The notes: a model not told the origin generated them from the sequence alone. 64,000 nucleotides of DNA from Syntrophaceae bacterium (GCA_013177825.1 JABLXX010000004.1:101990-165989), one strand, 5' to 3'; counted from the stretch's first letter, positions 17,857 to 26,809 are shown. Translations and numbers: made by a program.

Positions 17857-18972
17857 ATGGCTGACACTGGAAAAGAAAGGCGCCTGCCCGTCCTGGAGGA
17901 TACGCTCCGCATGGTGGCCTGGGAGGTCACCCGGCGCTGCAACCTCGCCTGCGTCCACTGCCGGGCCTCCTCCGAGCGGGGCCCTTACCCGGGCGAGTTG
18001 ACCACGGATGAAGGCCTGCGCCTCCTGGACGACATTGCCGCCTTCAGCCGGCCCGTCATCATCCTAACGGGAGGCGAGCCCCTGCTTCGGGAGGACGTCT
18101 ACGACCTGGCCGCTTACGGGACGAAAAAGGGCCTGCGGATGGTCCTGGCCACCAACGGCACCCTCGTAACGGAGACCGTTGCTCGGCGGATGATTGAAGC
18201 GGGCATCCAGAGGGTCAGCATCAGCATCGACGGGGCCGACGCGGCGAGCCACGACGCTTTCCGGTGTGTCTCCGGAGCCTTCGAGGGCGCCATGGCCGGC
18301 ATCGAGGCCATGAGGCGGGCGGGCCTGGAATTCCAGATCAACACGACGATCACCCGGGCGAACCTGGCCGCGATCGGCCGGATCCTCGACCTCGCCGTCA
18401 GGATCGGGGCGGCGGCCCACCACATCTTCCTCCTCGTCCCCACGGGCCGGGGGCGGGAGATGGCCGACCAGGCCATCTCGGCGGAGGAATACGAAGAGAC
18501 CCTGAAGTGGTTCGCCGGACAGGACCGCCGGTCGCCCATCCAGCTCAAGGCCACCTGCGCCCCCCACTATTTCCGGGTCGTGCGCCAGCAAAAGAAGCTG
18601 AAGGCGGGAGACAGTGACTCCGGGTCGGCCGGGGCGGGGGCATCGGGTCCCCAGGGCCATCCCTTCCACGCCATGACCCGGGGATGCCTGGGGGGGAGCG
18701 CCTTCTGCTTCATCTCCCACACCGGCCAGGTGCAGCCCTGCGGCTACCTGGAGGTGGACTGCGGCCGCGTACGGGAGCGGGGGTTCGAGGCGGTGTGGAA
18801 GGAATCGGCTGTTTTCAAGGACCTGCGGGACCTGAACCGCTACGGCGGCAAGTGCGGCCGCTGCGAGTTCATCCGGGTTTGCGGCGGCTGCCGCGCCCGC
18901 GCCTACGAGGCGACGGGGGATTACCTGGCGGAGGAGCCTCTCTGCATTTACGAGCCGGGGGGCAGTCGATAG
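17857..18972 (+). CDS. ahbC: radical SAM/SPASM Fe-coproporphyrin III synthase of the alternative haem pathway (AhbC/NirJ1-like)
   Basis: ORF 17857..18972. CNLACVHCR motif, GGEPLLRED, C-terminal CGRCEFIRVCGGCRARA. Paralogous to the gene at 15674. The C versus D assignment is by synteny only. Confidence 0.65.
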   Translation: MADTGKERRLPVLEDTLRMVAWEVTRRCNLACVHCRASSERGPYPGELTTDEGLRLLDDIAAFSRPVIILTGGEPLLREDVYDLAAYGTKKGLRMVLATNGTLVTETVARRMIEAGIQRVSISIDGADAASHDAFRCVSGAFEGAMAGIEAMRRAGLEFQINTTITRANLAAIGRILDLAVRIGAAAHHIFLLVPTGRGREMADQAISAEEYEETLKWFAGQDRRSPIQLKATCAPHYFRVVRQQKKLKAGDSDSGSAGAGASGPQGHPFHAMTRGCLGGSAFCFISHTGQVQPCGYLEVDCGRVRERGFEAVWKESAVFKDLRDLNRYGGKCGRCEFIRVCGGCRARAYEATGDYLAEEPLCIYEPGGSR

Positions 18973-19058
18973 AGGGCGGGCCGGGAGCATGCCCGGACCG
19001 GGGGAAGAGGAACAACGGGGCGCAGGGAATGCGCCGACTGGGAGAACGGAGCGAGACA

Positions 19059-19457
19059 ATGAAGAGAGTGTGGCTGACGGCGGTGTTGATCCTCACCTTT
19101 CTGGCCGGAACGGCCCTGGCCGCGGGGCCTTCCTTTCAGGACATGGACACGGACAAGGACGGAAAGCTGTCCCGCCAGGAGGTGGATGCCGCGGCGGAAA
19201 AGGTGTTCAAGGAGGCCGACAAGGACCGGGACGGCTACCTGAGCGAGCAGGAGTTCAAGGCCATCCAGGGGGCGCGGTCGAAGTTCAAGGACCTGGACAG
19301 GAACAAGGACGGCAAGCTGTCCATGGACGAGCTCAGGAAGTCGGCGGACAAAAGATTCCAGTACCTGGACCGGAACCGGGACGGCTCCATTGACGCGCCG
19401 GAAAGCAAGATCCGCCGGGCGCCTGAAGTGAGCCCTCTGTTCAGAGTTTATTTCTGA
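19059..19457 (+). CDS. exported protein with four EF-hand calcium-binding loops
   Basis: 3' part of ORF 18684..19457, ATG 19059. Signal peptide MKRVWLTAVLILTFLAGTALA. Loops DTDKDGKLSRQE, DKDRDGYLSEQE, DRNKDGKLSMDE, DRNRDGSIDAPE. Confidence 0.75.
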   Translation: MKRVWLTAVLILTFLAGTALAAGPSFQDMDTDKDGKLSRQEVDAAAEKVFKEADKDRDGYLSEQEFKAIQGARSKFKDLDRNKDGKLSMDELRKSADKRFQYLDRNRDGSIDAPESKIRRAPEVSPLFRVYF

Positions 19458-19468
19458 ACGTTGTTGCG

Positions 19469-19505
19469 ACGGGCGGAGACCGGCCGGAACGGCCGAGCCG
19501 CCCGT
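19469..19505 (+). other. hairpin (8-bp stem ACGGGCGG/CCGCCCGT) between the EF-hand gene and the ahbA/B-type gene
   Basis: Inverted repeat read at 19469-19476 and 19498-19505, followed only by TTT. Possible weak terminator or attenuator. Confidence 0.3.
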
Positions 19506-19517
19506 TTACGGTGAGTG

Positions 19518-19964
19518 ATGATGGACGGCAAGGACCGGGAGATTCTGAACATCCTCCAGAAGGAGTTTCCCCTGGAGGCGGCGCCCTTCAGGGCGGTCGG
19601 GGAGGCCGTGGGCCTCCCGGAGGGCGAGGTCCTGCGCCGGGTCCGCGCGCTCCGGGAGAAGGGGGTGATCCGCCGCATCGGGGCCTCCTTCAACCCCCGG
19701 AAACTGGGGTTCGTCAGCACCCTCTGCGCCGCCCGGGTCCCCGATGAGATGGCCGGCTCCTTCGTGAAGACCGTAAACGCCTATCCCGGCGTCACCCACC
19801 ATTACCGCCGGGATCACGAGTACAACTGCTGGTTCACCTTCATCGCCCCGTCCGAGGAGGCCCTGGAATCTTCGCTCGCGGAGATCCGGGAGAAAACGGG
19901 GATCGAGATCCTGAGCCTCCGCGCGGTCAAAACCTACAAGATCGACGCCACCTTCGAGCTGTAA
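19518..19964 (+). CDS. siroheme decarboxylase subunit (AhbA/AhbB, NirD/L/G/H Lrp-AsnC-like family)
   Basis: ORF 19515..19964 (GTG then ATG ATG). DREILNILQKEFPLEAAPFRAVGEAVGLPEGEVLRRVRALREKGVIRRIGA, then YPGVTHHYRR. Typical of AhbA/B-type proteins. A versus B cannot be decided by eye. Confidence 0.75.
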   Translation: MMDGKDREILNILQKEFPLEAAPFRAVGEAVGLPEGEVLRRVRALREKGVIRRIGASFNPRKLGFVSTLCAARVPDEMAGSFVKTVNAYPGVTHHYRRDHEYNCWFTFIAPSEEALESSLAEIREKTGIEILSLRAVKTYKIDATFEL

Positions 19965-19973
19965 TGCCGGCCG

Positions 19974-20963
19974 TTACGCCAGCGCCCGCCGGCACAGCTC
20001 CGTCACGAAGAGGGGTTCCAGGCCCTCGTCGCGGGCGACCTTCCGCAGATTCAGGAAGCACATGGGGCAGAGGAAGACCATGGCCTGGGCGGCCGCGTCC
20101 TTTGCATCCCTGATGTTCCAGCCTTTCACCTCCGCCGCGCGATCCCGGTCGCGGGCCATCAGGGGCGCGCCGCAGCAGAGGGCATTGATCCGCTCGTACT
20201 TCCGCGGCGGGCGCTCCACGCCGAGGAGCTCAAAGATCCGGTCGAGGTAGTAGTCCTTGCCCGGGGTGTAGCGGGATGCGCAGGGAGCCTGGTAGGCCAC
20301 GCGGAGCGGGATCTTTTTCAGCTGGTCCTTCCGCTTGAGCAACTCCCGGTAGAGGTACTCGAAGATATGGACCGGGTGGAATGGGACCTTCAGACCGTAC
20401 TCCGGTGCAAGGGACGTCAGCAGCGTGTAGCAGTCGTCGTGGAAACAGACGACTTCTTCCGAGTTGAGGGCCGCGAGATTGTCGATGAACCGCTGGGCCT
20501 CCTTCGCGACGGGGCTCGGCCGGCCCAGGTGGATGTAGCCGACGGTGCAGAAGTAGTCGGCCCCCTCGACGACCGTCAGTCCCTCGAACAGCGGGTTCTC
20601 CAGGAGGTCCCGCACCATGTCGCCGACGATGCAGATGTTCATCACCGGCTTTCCCGGGTCGCCCTTCTTCACGACGGTGGGCAGGCCGGACAGGCCGGCG
20701 AAGTTCTTGAAGGCCTGCTCGGGGATTCCGAGGGCTCCCGACGCTTCCTGACGCTCGTTCAGGAGATCGAAGGGATTGGCCTGGGTCGGGCAGACCATGT
20801 TGCAGGAGGCGCAGGTGACACATGCCCCCACGATGGGCGGCGTTCCCCCCGCCACGAGGTCCCGCATCTCCGTTTGGGCGCGCTCCAGATCGTAGTTGAC
20901 ATAGGGACAGAATTCCAGACATCGGCCGCAAAAATCACACCGCTCCGCATGAAACATGACCAT
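19974..20963 (-). CDS. (Fe-S)-binding protein with 2x[4Fe-4S] ferredoxin and CCG domains (HdrD/GlpC/LutA-like)
   Basis: ORF 19974..20963. CDFCGRCLEFCP and CVTCASCNMVCP motifs, plus CCG-type motifs (QAPCASRY, ALCCGAPL, LCPMC). Confidence 0.75.
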   Translation of the reverse strand: MVMFHAERCDFCGRCLEFCPYVNYDLERAQTEMRDLVAGGTPPIVGACVTCASCNMVCPTQANPFDLLNERQEASGALGIPEQAFKNFAGLSGLPTVVKKGDPGKPVMNICIVGDMVRDLLENPLFEGLTVVEGADYFCTVGYIHLGRPSPVAKEAQRFIDNLAALNSEEVVCFHDDCYTLLTSLAPEYGLKVPFHPVHIFEYLYRELLKRKDQLKKIPLRVAYQAPCASRYTPGKDYYLDRIFELLGVERPPRKYERINALCCGAPLMARDRDRAAEVKGWNIRDAKDAAAQAMVFLCPMCFLNLRKVARDEGLEPLFVTELCRRALA

Positions 20964-20972
20964 CCTCCTTAT

Positions 20973-21467
20973 TCACTCCCGTGACCGGCTCTCACCCCGG
21001 TCCTGAATTTTCTTCCGGATCGCCTCCACCGCGCTGTCTTTCATCTTGACGAGTTCGCGCCGCTGCTTCGCCGTGAGCTCCTTCACGGCATTGAACTGGA
21101 TCTCCGTTTCGATCTTCGCGAAGGCCGCCATGGTCGAGAGGACCTTTTCCGTCTGCTTCAGGATGCCCTTCTCGTCCAGCTCGTCCGCCGCCAGAAGCTG
21201 ATCCAGGTTGTCCCGCTCCTGGCGGAAGGTTTTCTTCAGCTCGGCGCTCTTTTTGACGTCGCCTCTGGTCTGTTTCCGGATGCGGCTGATCTGCTCCTCT
21301 GAGATCCCTAACATCTGGACGACCTTCGGGCGTTCCCACCAGTGCCGGTCGGAATCGTCGTCGCTTCGGGCGGGGGCGGCGGAAACGACGGGGTTTGCGA
21401 TCAGGAGGAGCAGTAGTGCCGCCATCAAACCAGGGAGGATTCCCCTTCGATGAATGCCGCTGTGCAT
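20973..21467 (-). CDS. periplasmic Spy/CpxP-family (LTXXQ) protein
   Basis: 3' part of ORF 20973..22199. ATG 21467 is preceded by AAAGGAGGAGAA. Signal peptide, then a helical Lys/Glu-rich protein with LTAKQ and GISEEQ motifs. 164 aa. Confidence 0.6.
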   Translation of the reverse strand: MHSGIHRRGILPGLMAALLLLLIANPVVSAAPARSDDDSDRHWWERPKVVQMLGISEEQISRIRKQTRGDVKKSAELKKTFRQERDNLDQLLAADELDEKGILKQTEKVLSTMAAFAKIETEIQFNAVKELTAKQRRELVKMKDSAVEAIRKKIQDRGESRSRE

Positions 21468-21496
21468 GGTTCTCCTCCTTTCCGTCGGCTTCGGTA

Positions 21497-22414
21497 TCAG
21501 CGCCTGTATTTCTCGTCCAGTTGGGCGTTGATCGCCCTCATGATGACCGCGGTGGCTCCCTCGAACTGTTCCCTGAATTTCTGCTGTGAATCCCGGGACA
21601 GGAGCCGGAATTTCTCGGGGATTCGAAATTCCTTCAACTGGTTGTCCAGCGTGATGGGCTCTCCGATGCGGTAGGTGATCCAGCCGCTCTGTGCGACGGG
21701 ACTGCTGCCGGGATAAACGGCGTCGGAATTGTTGCAGCCCACCGGTATGATCGTCTTCCCCGTGTGCAGGGCCACCTGGGCGATGCCCGTCCGCCCCTCT
21801 CCGAGTTGGGATCCCCGGGTGCCCTCGGGAAAAATGATGACGCTCAACCCCTTCTCGAAGAGAGCGTAAAGGCTCAGGTCCGCCACCTTCTCCATGATCT
21901 TCTCGTACAGGTCGCGGATGAAATCCACGAAGGTATCTCCCATCAGGCCGGCGACTTCCGCCAGGCCTTTCCGGTAGGCTTCCGGGTCGTCGCATTTCCG
22001 GTCGACGACGTCGCGTATCTTTCGGTATTCTTCCCGGTCGATCATCTTCCCGAACCGCTTCTTGTATAATTCCTCGATGAGGTAACCCATGGACGGTACC
22101 GGGATCAGGTTGCAGAGATCCAGGCCCTTGGCGAGCAGGTCGTTCCGGTAGTACTTGCCCTTCACCCAGACCGTCGTGAACGGGAATTTCAACCGCCAAA
22201 GCTTGTACTGAAACGGCCAGTAGTTGAACCGGTCCGTGTGGTTCATTGCGTAGATGACGTTTTCGTTCCGGGGGATCCGCTCGGCGTTTTCCAGGCGGAT
22301 GTCCACATGCCGGAATATTTCGTAGTTCGGTCTCAGGAAGAACGTGCCCAGGAACCGCTGGACCTTTGGGTCCGATACAAGATGGATGTTATTGAGGTAT
22401 TCGAGATCCACCAT
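21497..22414 (-). CDS. lysophospholipid/glycerolipid acyltransferase (PlsC/LPLAT family)
   Basis: 3' part of ORF 21497..22702. ATG 22414 after GGAGGGAACGG. NHTDRFN (HX4D) and FPEGTRG motifs. Confidence 0.75.
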   Translation of the reverse strand: MVDLEYLNNIHLVSDPKVQRFLGTFFLRPNYEIFRHVDIRLENAERIPRNENVIYAMNHTDRFNYWPFQYKLWRLKFPFTTVWVKGKYYRNDLLAKGLDLCNLIPVPSMGYLIEELYKKRFGKMIDREEYRKIRDVVDRKCDDPEAYRKGLAEVAGLMGDTFVDFIRDLYEKIMEKVADLSLYALFEKGLSVIIFPEGTRGSQLGEGRTGIAQVALHTGKTIIPVGCNNSDAVYPGSSPVAQSGWITYRIGEPITLDNQLKEFRIPEKFRLLSRDSQQKFREQFEGATAVIMRAINAQLDEKYRR

Positions 22415-22445
22415 CGCTTCCGTTCCCTCCTTTTTGCAGCCTCGT

Positions 22446-23192
22446 TCAGGATGATATTTCCCCCACCAGGATCCGCCGGATCCGATCCAGCTCCTGGGGC
22501 GTGTCCACTTCGATGGAGTCGTGTTCCGTGACCACGACCCGGATGCGGTAGCCGTGCTCCAGGGCCCGGAGCTGCTCCAGGGATTCGAGATGCTCCAGGG
22601 TCCCCTCGGGGAGCTTCGTGAAGGTGTCGAGAAAGTGCTTCCGGTAGGCGTAGATGCCGTGGTGCTTGTAGTATTCCGCCGTTTTTCCCCGGTCCCGGAC
22701 ATAGGGAATGGTGGAGCGGGAGAAATAGAGGGCGTTTCCGTCCCGGTCGAAGACCGTCTTCACGGCGTTCGGGTGGGTGATTTCCTCGTCCCGCCGGATC
22801 CGGTAGATGAGGGTGGACATGGGCAGGGAGGGATCGCCCACGAGCGGTGCGACGACCTCGTCGATCTGGACCGGTTCGAAGACGGGCTGATCGCCCTGGA
22901 CGTTCACCACGATGTCGTCCTCCCGGAGGCCCAGGATCCCCGCTGCTTCGGCGATCCGGTCCGAGCCGGAGCGGTGCGTGTCCGCCGTCATGACGGCCCG
23001 TCCTCCGAAGGCCTCCACAGCCGCGAAAATGCGCGGATCATCCGTGGCGACGGCAGCCAGGTCGGCCGTTCCGGACATGAGGACGCGCTCGTAGACGTGC
23101 TGGATCATGGGCTTTCCCGCCAGGTCCGCCAGGGGCTTGCCCGGGAACCGCGTCGATTCGTACCGAGACGGGATGATGACGGCGATCGTCAT
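22446..23192 (-). CDS. kdsB: 3-deoxy-manno-octulosonate cytidylyltransferase (CMP-Kdo synthetase)
   Basis: 3' part of ORF 22446..24140, ATG 23192. MTIAVIIPSRYESTRFPGKPLADLAGKPMIQHVYER, NVQGDQP. 248 aa. Confidence 0.9.
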   Translation of the reverse strand: MTIAVIIPSRYESTRFPGKPLADLAGKPMIQHVYERVLMSGTADLAAVATDDPRIFAAVEAFGGRAVMTADTHRSGSDRIAEAAGILGLREDDIVVNVQGDQPVFEPVQIDEVVAPLVGDPSLPMSTLIYRIRRDEEITHPNAVKTVFDRDGNALYFSRSTIPYVRDRGKTAEYYKHHGIYAYRKHFLDTFTKLPEGTLEHLESLEQLRALEHGYRIRVVVTEHDSIEVDTPQELDRIRRILVGEISS

Positions 23193-23194
23193 GG

Positions 23195-24187
23195 TCACTG
23201 AATGGCGCAGCACTGGCCCAGATAGGGGTCGCGCTGCGAGAGATGGTTTGCGACGTAATCCTGCACGGCTTCCTCCAGGGGGGCGGACGGGACGGGACAG
23301 CCCGTAGAGGCGAGGCGGTCCGTTTTCGCTTCCGTGAAGTACTGGTACTGCTCGTCCAGCCCCGGCGGCATGTCGATGTAGTCGATGACTGCGGGCCGGT
23401 CCATGGCCCGGAAGACCGCCGCCATCAGGTCGTTCCAGGTCCGGGCCTTTCCGCTTCCCAGGTTGAAGATCCCGTTGGCCTCCGGGTGGTTCAGGAGCCA
23501 CCACATCGCCTCCGCGCAGTCCTTCACGTAGACGAAGTCCCGCATCTGCCCGCCGTCGGCGTACTCGGGGCGGTACGACTTGAACAGCCGGACCTTCCCG
23601 GTGGCGCGGATCTGGTGGAAGGCCTTGAAGACAACGCTCGTCATGTCGCCCTTGTGGTACTCGTTGGGGCCGAAGACGTTGAAGAACTTGAGGCCCGCCA
23701 TGTGCCGGTCGGCGCCGCGCCGGAGCGCCCAGAGGTCGAAGACCTGCTTCGAGTAGCCGTACATGTTGATGGGCTTGAGAAGCGCCGACGTCGCGTCGTC
23801 GTCGGAGAAGCCCAGGGAGCCGTCGCCGTAGGTGGCCGCGGAGCTGGCGTAGAGGAAGCGGATGCCGTTCCGGATCGCCCAGTCGGCCAGTCGGCAGGAA
23901 TAGAGGTAGTTGTTCGTCCAGAGGTAGTCGGCGTCCTTCTCCGTCGTGGACGAGCAGGCGCCCATGTGGACCACGGCCCGGACGGTGAAGGGCACCTGGT
24001 CGGCGTAGACCATCTTGAGGAAGTCGTCCTTGTGGATGTATTCGACGAACCGCCGGTTCACGAGGTTCTTCCACTTGTCGGAGGTCCCCAGGCGGTCGAC
24101 GACGACGATGTCCTCGATGCCTTCGCTGTTGAGCTTCCACACGAAGGCGCTGCCGATGAAGCCGGCGCCGCCGGTGACGACGATCAT
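23195..24187 (-). CDS. hldD: ADP-L-glycero-D-manno-heptose 6-epimerase
   Basis: 3' part of ORF 23195..24475. ATG 24187 after GGAAGGAAG (alternative ATG 24208). MIVVTGGAGFIGS, catalytic YGYSK, about 330 aa. Adjacent to kdsB. Confidence 0.85.
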   Translation of the reverse strand: MIVVTGGAGFIGSAFVWKLNSEGIEDIVVVDRLGTSDKWKNLVNRRFVEYIHKDDFLKMVYADQVPFTVRAVVHMGACSSTTEKDADYLWTNNYLYSCRLADWAIRNGIRFLYASSAATYGDGSLGFSDDDATSALLKPINMYGYSKQVFDLWALRRGADRHMAGLKFFNVFGPNEYHKGDMTSVVFKAFHQIRATGKVRLFKSYRPEYADGGQMRDFVYVKDCAEAMWWLLNHPEANGIFNLGSGKARTWNDLMAAVFRAMDRPAVIDYIDMPPGLDEQYQYFTEAKTDRLASTGCPVPSAPLEEAVQDYVANHLSQRDPYLGQCCAIQ

Positions 24188-24240
24188 GCCTGCATCTTCC
24201 TTCCGCATGGTTGAAAGGCCTCTCGCGCTTCCCGGCCCCG

Positions 24241-25443
24241 CTACAGGGCCTCGGCCGCCTTCTTCACCGCCGCCCGGATCTGCTCCAGGCGCCCCTCGGG
24301 CATCCGGATCGGGAGGCCCAGGAAGAGGGTCCGCCCCAGGAGGTCGTGGGCCTGCGGGTACTGGCGGATGCTGTAGTCCACCTTCCCCCGGTAGATGGGA
24401 TTCGTGAAGGGGAAGCTCTTCGGGTTGGCCGTGGACCAGGCGATCAGGTGCTCCCAGTTGGCCAGGTAGTGCCACTTGTTCTTCTTGAAACAGACCGTGT
24501 CGACGCCGCCCGCGCCGAGGGCCGCCTGGAAGGCCTCCGCCTGTGCCTCCGTGGGGAAGTTGAAGGCCAGGTGCGTCGCCGTGTCGCCATCCGGGTCCGG
24601 GATCGCCCGGAAGCCGATCACGGGGATGCCCGACAGCATTTCCTTCACGGCGGCCTTGTTCTTCTTCTGCTCCGCGATGATGAAGTCGAGCTTCCGGAGC
24701 TGGGCGAGGCCCAGGGCTCCCTGCAGTTCGTTCATCCGGAAGTTGAACCCGAGGATGGTGCGGCCTTCCATGGCCCGGCTGACGTTCGGGTTGTGGTCGT
24801 GACCGTGGTCGTGGTACCAGTCGGCCCGGTCGTAGAGGTCCTTCCTGTCCGTCAGGACCATCCCGCCCTCGCCGGTGGTCAGGGTCTTGTAATAATCAAA
24901 GCTGAACGTGCCCATCTCCCCGAAGGTGCCGAGCTTTCTTCCCTTGTAGCTTCCGCCGACGGATTGGGCGTTGTCCTCCAGGACCATGAGCTGGGAGCTG
25001 CGGCAGGTCTCCATAATCCGGCCGATGTCCGCCGGGGCGCCGCACATGTGGACGGGAATGACGGCCTTCGTGTAGGGCGTCATCTTCCGGATGATGTCGT
25101 CGGGGTCCATGTTCAGGGACGCGTCGATGTCCGCCGCGACGGGGATGGCCCCCACCTCGAGGACGGCCTCGTACGTTGCGATAAAGGTAAATGCCGGAAC
25201 GATGACCTCATCGCCGGGGCCCACGCCCATGGCGGAGAGAGCCACCGAGAGGGCCGTCGACCCGGACGTGACGCCCAGGGCGTGGGCGGCTCCGTGATAG
25301 CGCTTGAACTCCTCCTCGAACTGGCGGACCTTGAAGACGCCCTTCCGCTCCTTATCGAATCCGTAACGCGCGAAGACGCCCGTTTCCAGGACGTCCAGAA
25401 CTTCCTTTTTCTCCTCGCTGCCGATCAGTTCCATTCCGGACAT
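24241..25443 (-). CDS. DegT/DnrJ/EryC1-type PLP-dependent sugar aminotransferase (KdnA-like candidate)
   Basis: ORF 24241..25443, 400 aa. PLP-lysine context SFDYYKTLTTGEGG. Small-domain pattern typical of sugar aminotransferases. Confidence 0.8.
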   Translation of the reverse strand: MSGMELIGSEEKKEVLDVLETGVFARYGFDKERKGVFKVRQFEEEFKRYHGAAHALGVTSGSTALSVALSAMGVGPGDEVIVPAFTFIATYEAVLEVGAIPVAADIDASLNMDPDDIIRKMTPYTKAVIPVHMCGAPADIGRIMETCRSSQLMVLEDNAQSVGGSYKGRKLGTFGEMGTFSFDYYKTLTTGEGGMVLTDRKDLYDRADWYHDHGHDHNPNVSRAMEGRTILGFNFRMNELQGALGLAQLRKLDFIIAEQKKNKAAVKEMLSGIPVIGFRAIPDPDGDTATHLAFNFPTEAQAEAFQAALGAGGVDTVCFKKNKWHYLANWEHLIAWSTANPKSFPFTNPIYRGKVDYSIRQYPQAHDLLGRTLFLGLPIRMPEGRLEQIRAAVKKAAEAL

Positions 25444-25488
25444 GGCTTTTTCTCCATCCTTGTCGTTTTTGATCGTGGGAAGGGACGC

Positions 25489-26646
25489 TCAGAGAGCATC
25501 CCGGTAAATGTCGATGGCGTCCTCCCGGGTGACTTTCCGGGGGTTGTTGGCCAGCGGGCGCGCCACGGTGAGGGCGACGTCCGCCAGGGCCGGCAGATCC
25601 TTCTCGGCGATGCCGAATTCCTCCAGGGTCATTGCCAGGCCGCAGTCCTCGATGAGGAGCTCTACCGCGTCCAGGGCGAGCGTGGCGGCGTCCCGCATCG
25701 AGACGCCTTCCACCTCCTGCCCCATGACCTCGGCGAGGACGGCGAACTTCTCGATGGCGCCGGGAAGGTTGTAGGCCATCACCGCGGGAAGCATCAGGGT
25801 GTTGGCCATCCCGTGGGGGATGCCCCAGGCGCCGCCGAGGGGGTACGAGAGGGAGTGGACCGCCGTGACGCCCGCATTCGCCAGGCCAAGGCCCGCGTAA
25901 AGGCTTCCCAGGAGCATGCGTTCCCGGGCCTCCAGGTCGCTTCCGTTGTGAACGCAGGTCCGCAGGTTCTCGGCGATGAGGCCAACGGCCTCCAGGGAAA
26001 TCGTTTCGCTCATGGGTGATGCGTTGATGGAGGTGTACGACTCGATGGCGTGGCAGAGGGCGTCGATTCCCGTGGAGGCGGTGGCCTGCGCGGGGAGGCT
26101 CAGGGTCAGTTCCGGGTCCAGGAGGGCGACTTCGGGGTACAGGTAGGGGCTGTTCATGCCCTCTTTCTTCTTCAGGTTCTTTCGGACGAAGACGGCCGTG
26201 AAGGTGACCTCGCTGCCGGTGCCGGCGGTAGTGGGGACCATGATGGTCGGGAGGCCCGGACCGGGGACCTTGTTCAGTCCCAGGTAATCGACGGCCTTGC
26301 CCTTGTTGCCGGCCAGGGCGGCCACGGCCTTGGCCACGTCCATGGAGCTGCCGCCGCCGATCCCCACGACGAGATCGCACTTGCCCTTCAGGGCGGCCTT
26401 GGCGCCCTCGTCGGCCCTCTCCAGGGCCGGTTCCGGCTCCACGCCGTCAAACAGCGAATAGCGCAGGCCGCTCTTGTCGAGCAGGTCCTTCACGGTTTTC
26501 CGGAAGCCTGCCTCGGCCAGGGCGTGATCGAGAACGATCAGGGGGCGTGCCCCCCCCAGTTCCCGGATGTGGTCGGCCAGGCTGCGGAAGGAGCCCGTGC
26601 CGAAAACGATTTTTTTTGCCCCCGTATAGGTGAACGGTCGGATCAT
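25489..26646 (-). CDS. iron-containing (group III) alcohol dehydrogenase family oxidoreductase (KdnB-like candidate)
   Basis: ORF 25489..26646, 385 aa. GGGSSMDVAKAV nucleotide motif and His-rich metal site (HAIESY, HSLSYPLGG...HG). Confidence 0.8.
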   Translation of the reverse strand: MIRPFTYTGAKKIVFGTGSFRSLADHIRELGGARPLIVLDHALAEAGFRKTVKDLLDKSGLRYSLFDGVEPEPALERADEGAKAALKGKCDLVVGIGGGSSMDVAKAVAALAGNKGKAVDYLGLNKVPGPGLPTIMVPTTAGTGSEVTFTAVFVRKNLKKKEGMNSPYLYPEVALLDPELTLSLPAQATASTGIDALCHAIESYTSINASPMSETISLEAVGLIAENLRTCVHNGSDLEARERMLLGSLYAGLGLANAGVTAVHSLSYPLGGAWGIPHGMANTLMLPAVMAYNLPGAIEKFAVLAEVMGQEVEGVSMRDAATLALDAVELLIEDCGLAMTLEEFGIAEKDLPALADVALTVARPLANNPRKVTREDAIDIYRDAL

Positions 26647-26809
26647 CGTTTTTTCCCTCCTGTTCCGCCGCCGAAGCGGCCAAGGTGTTGAAACAAGGGA
26701 TGCTTATACATGATGAGGGACTCGATGGAAAGGGAAAAAACGGGACCGCCGGTTCGGGCAAACCCCGGTTTGCTTTGCCTTTTCCGGGAGGTGTGATAGG
26801 TAGGGACCC

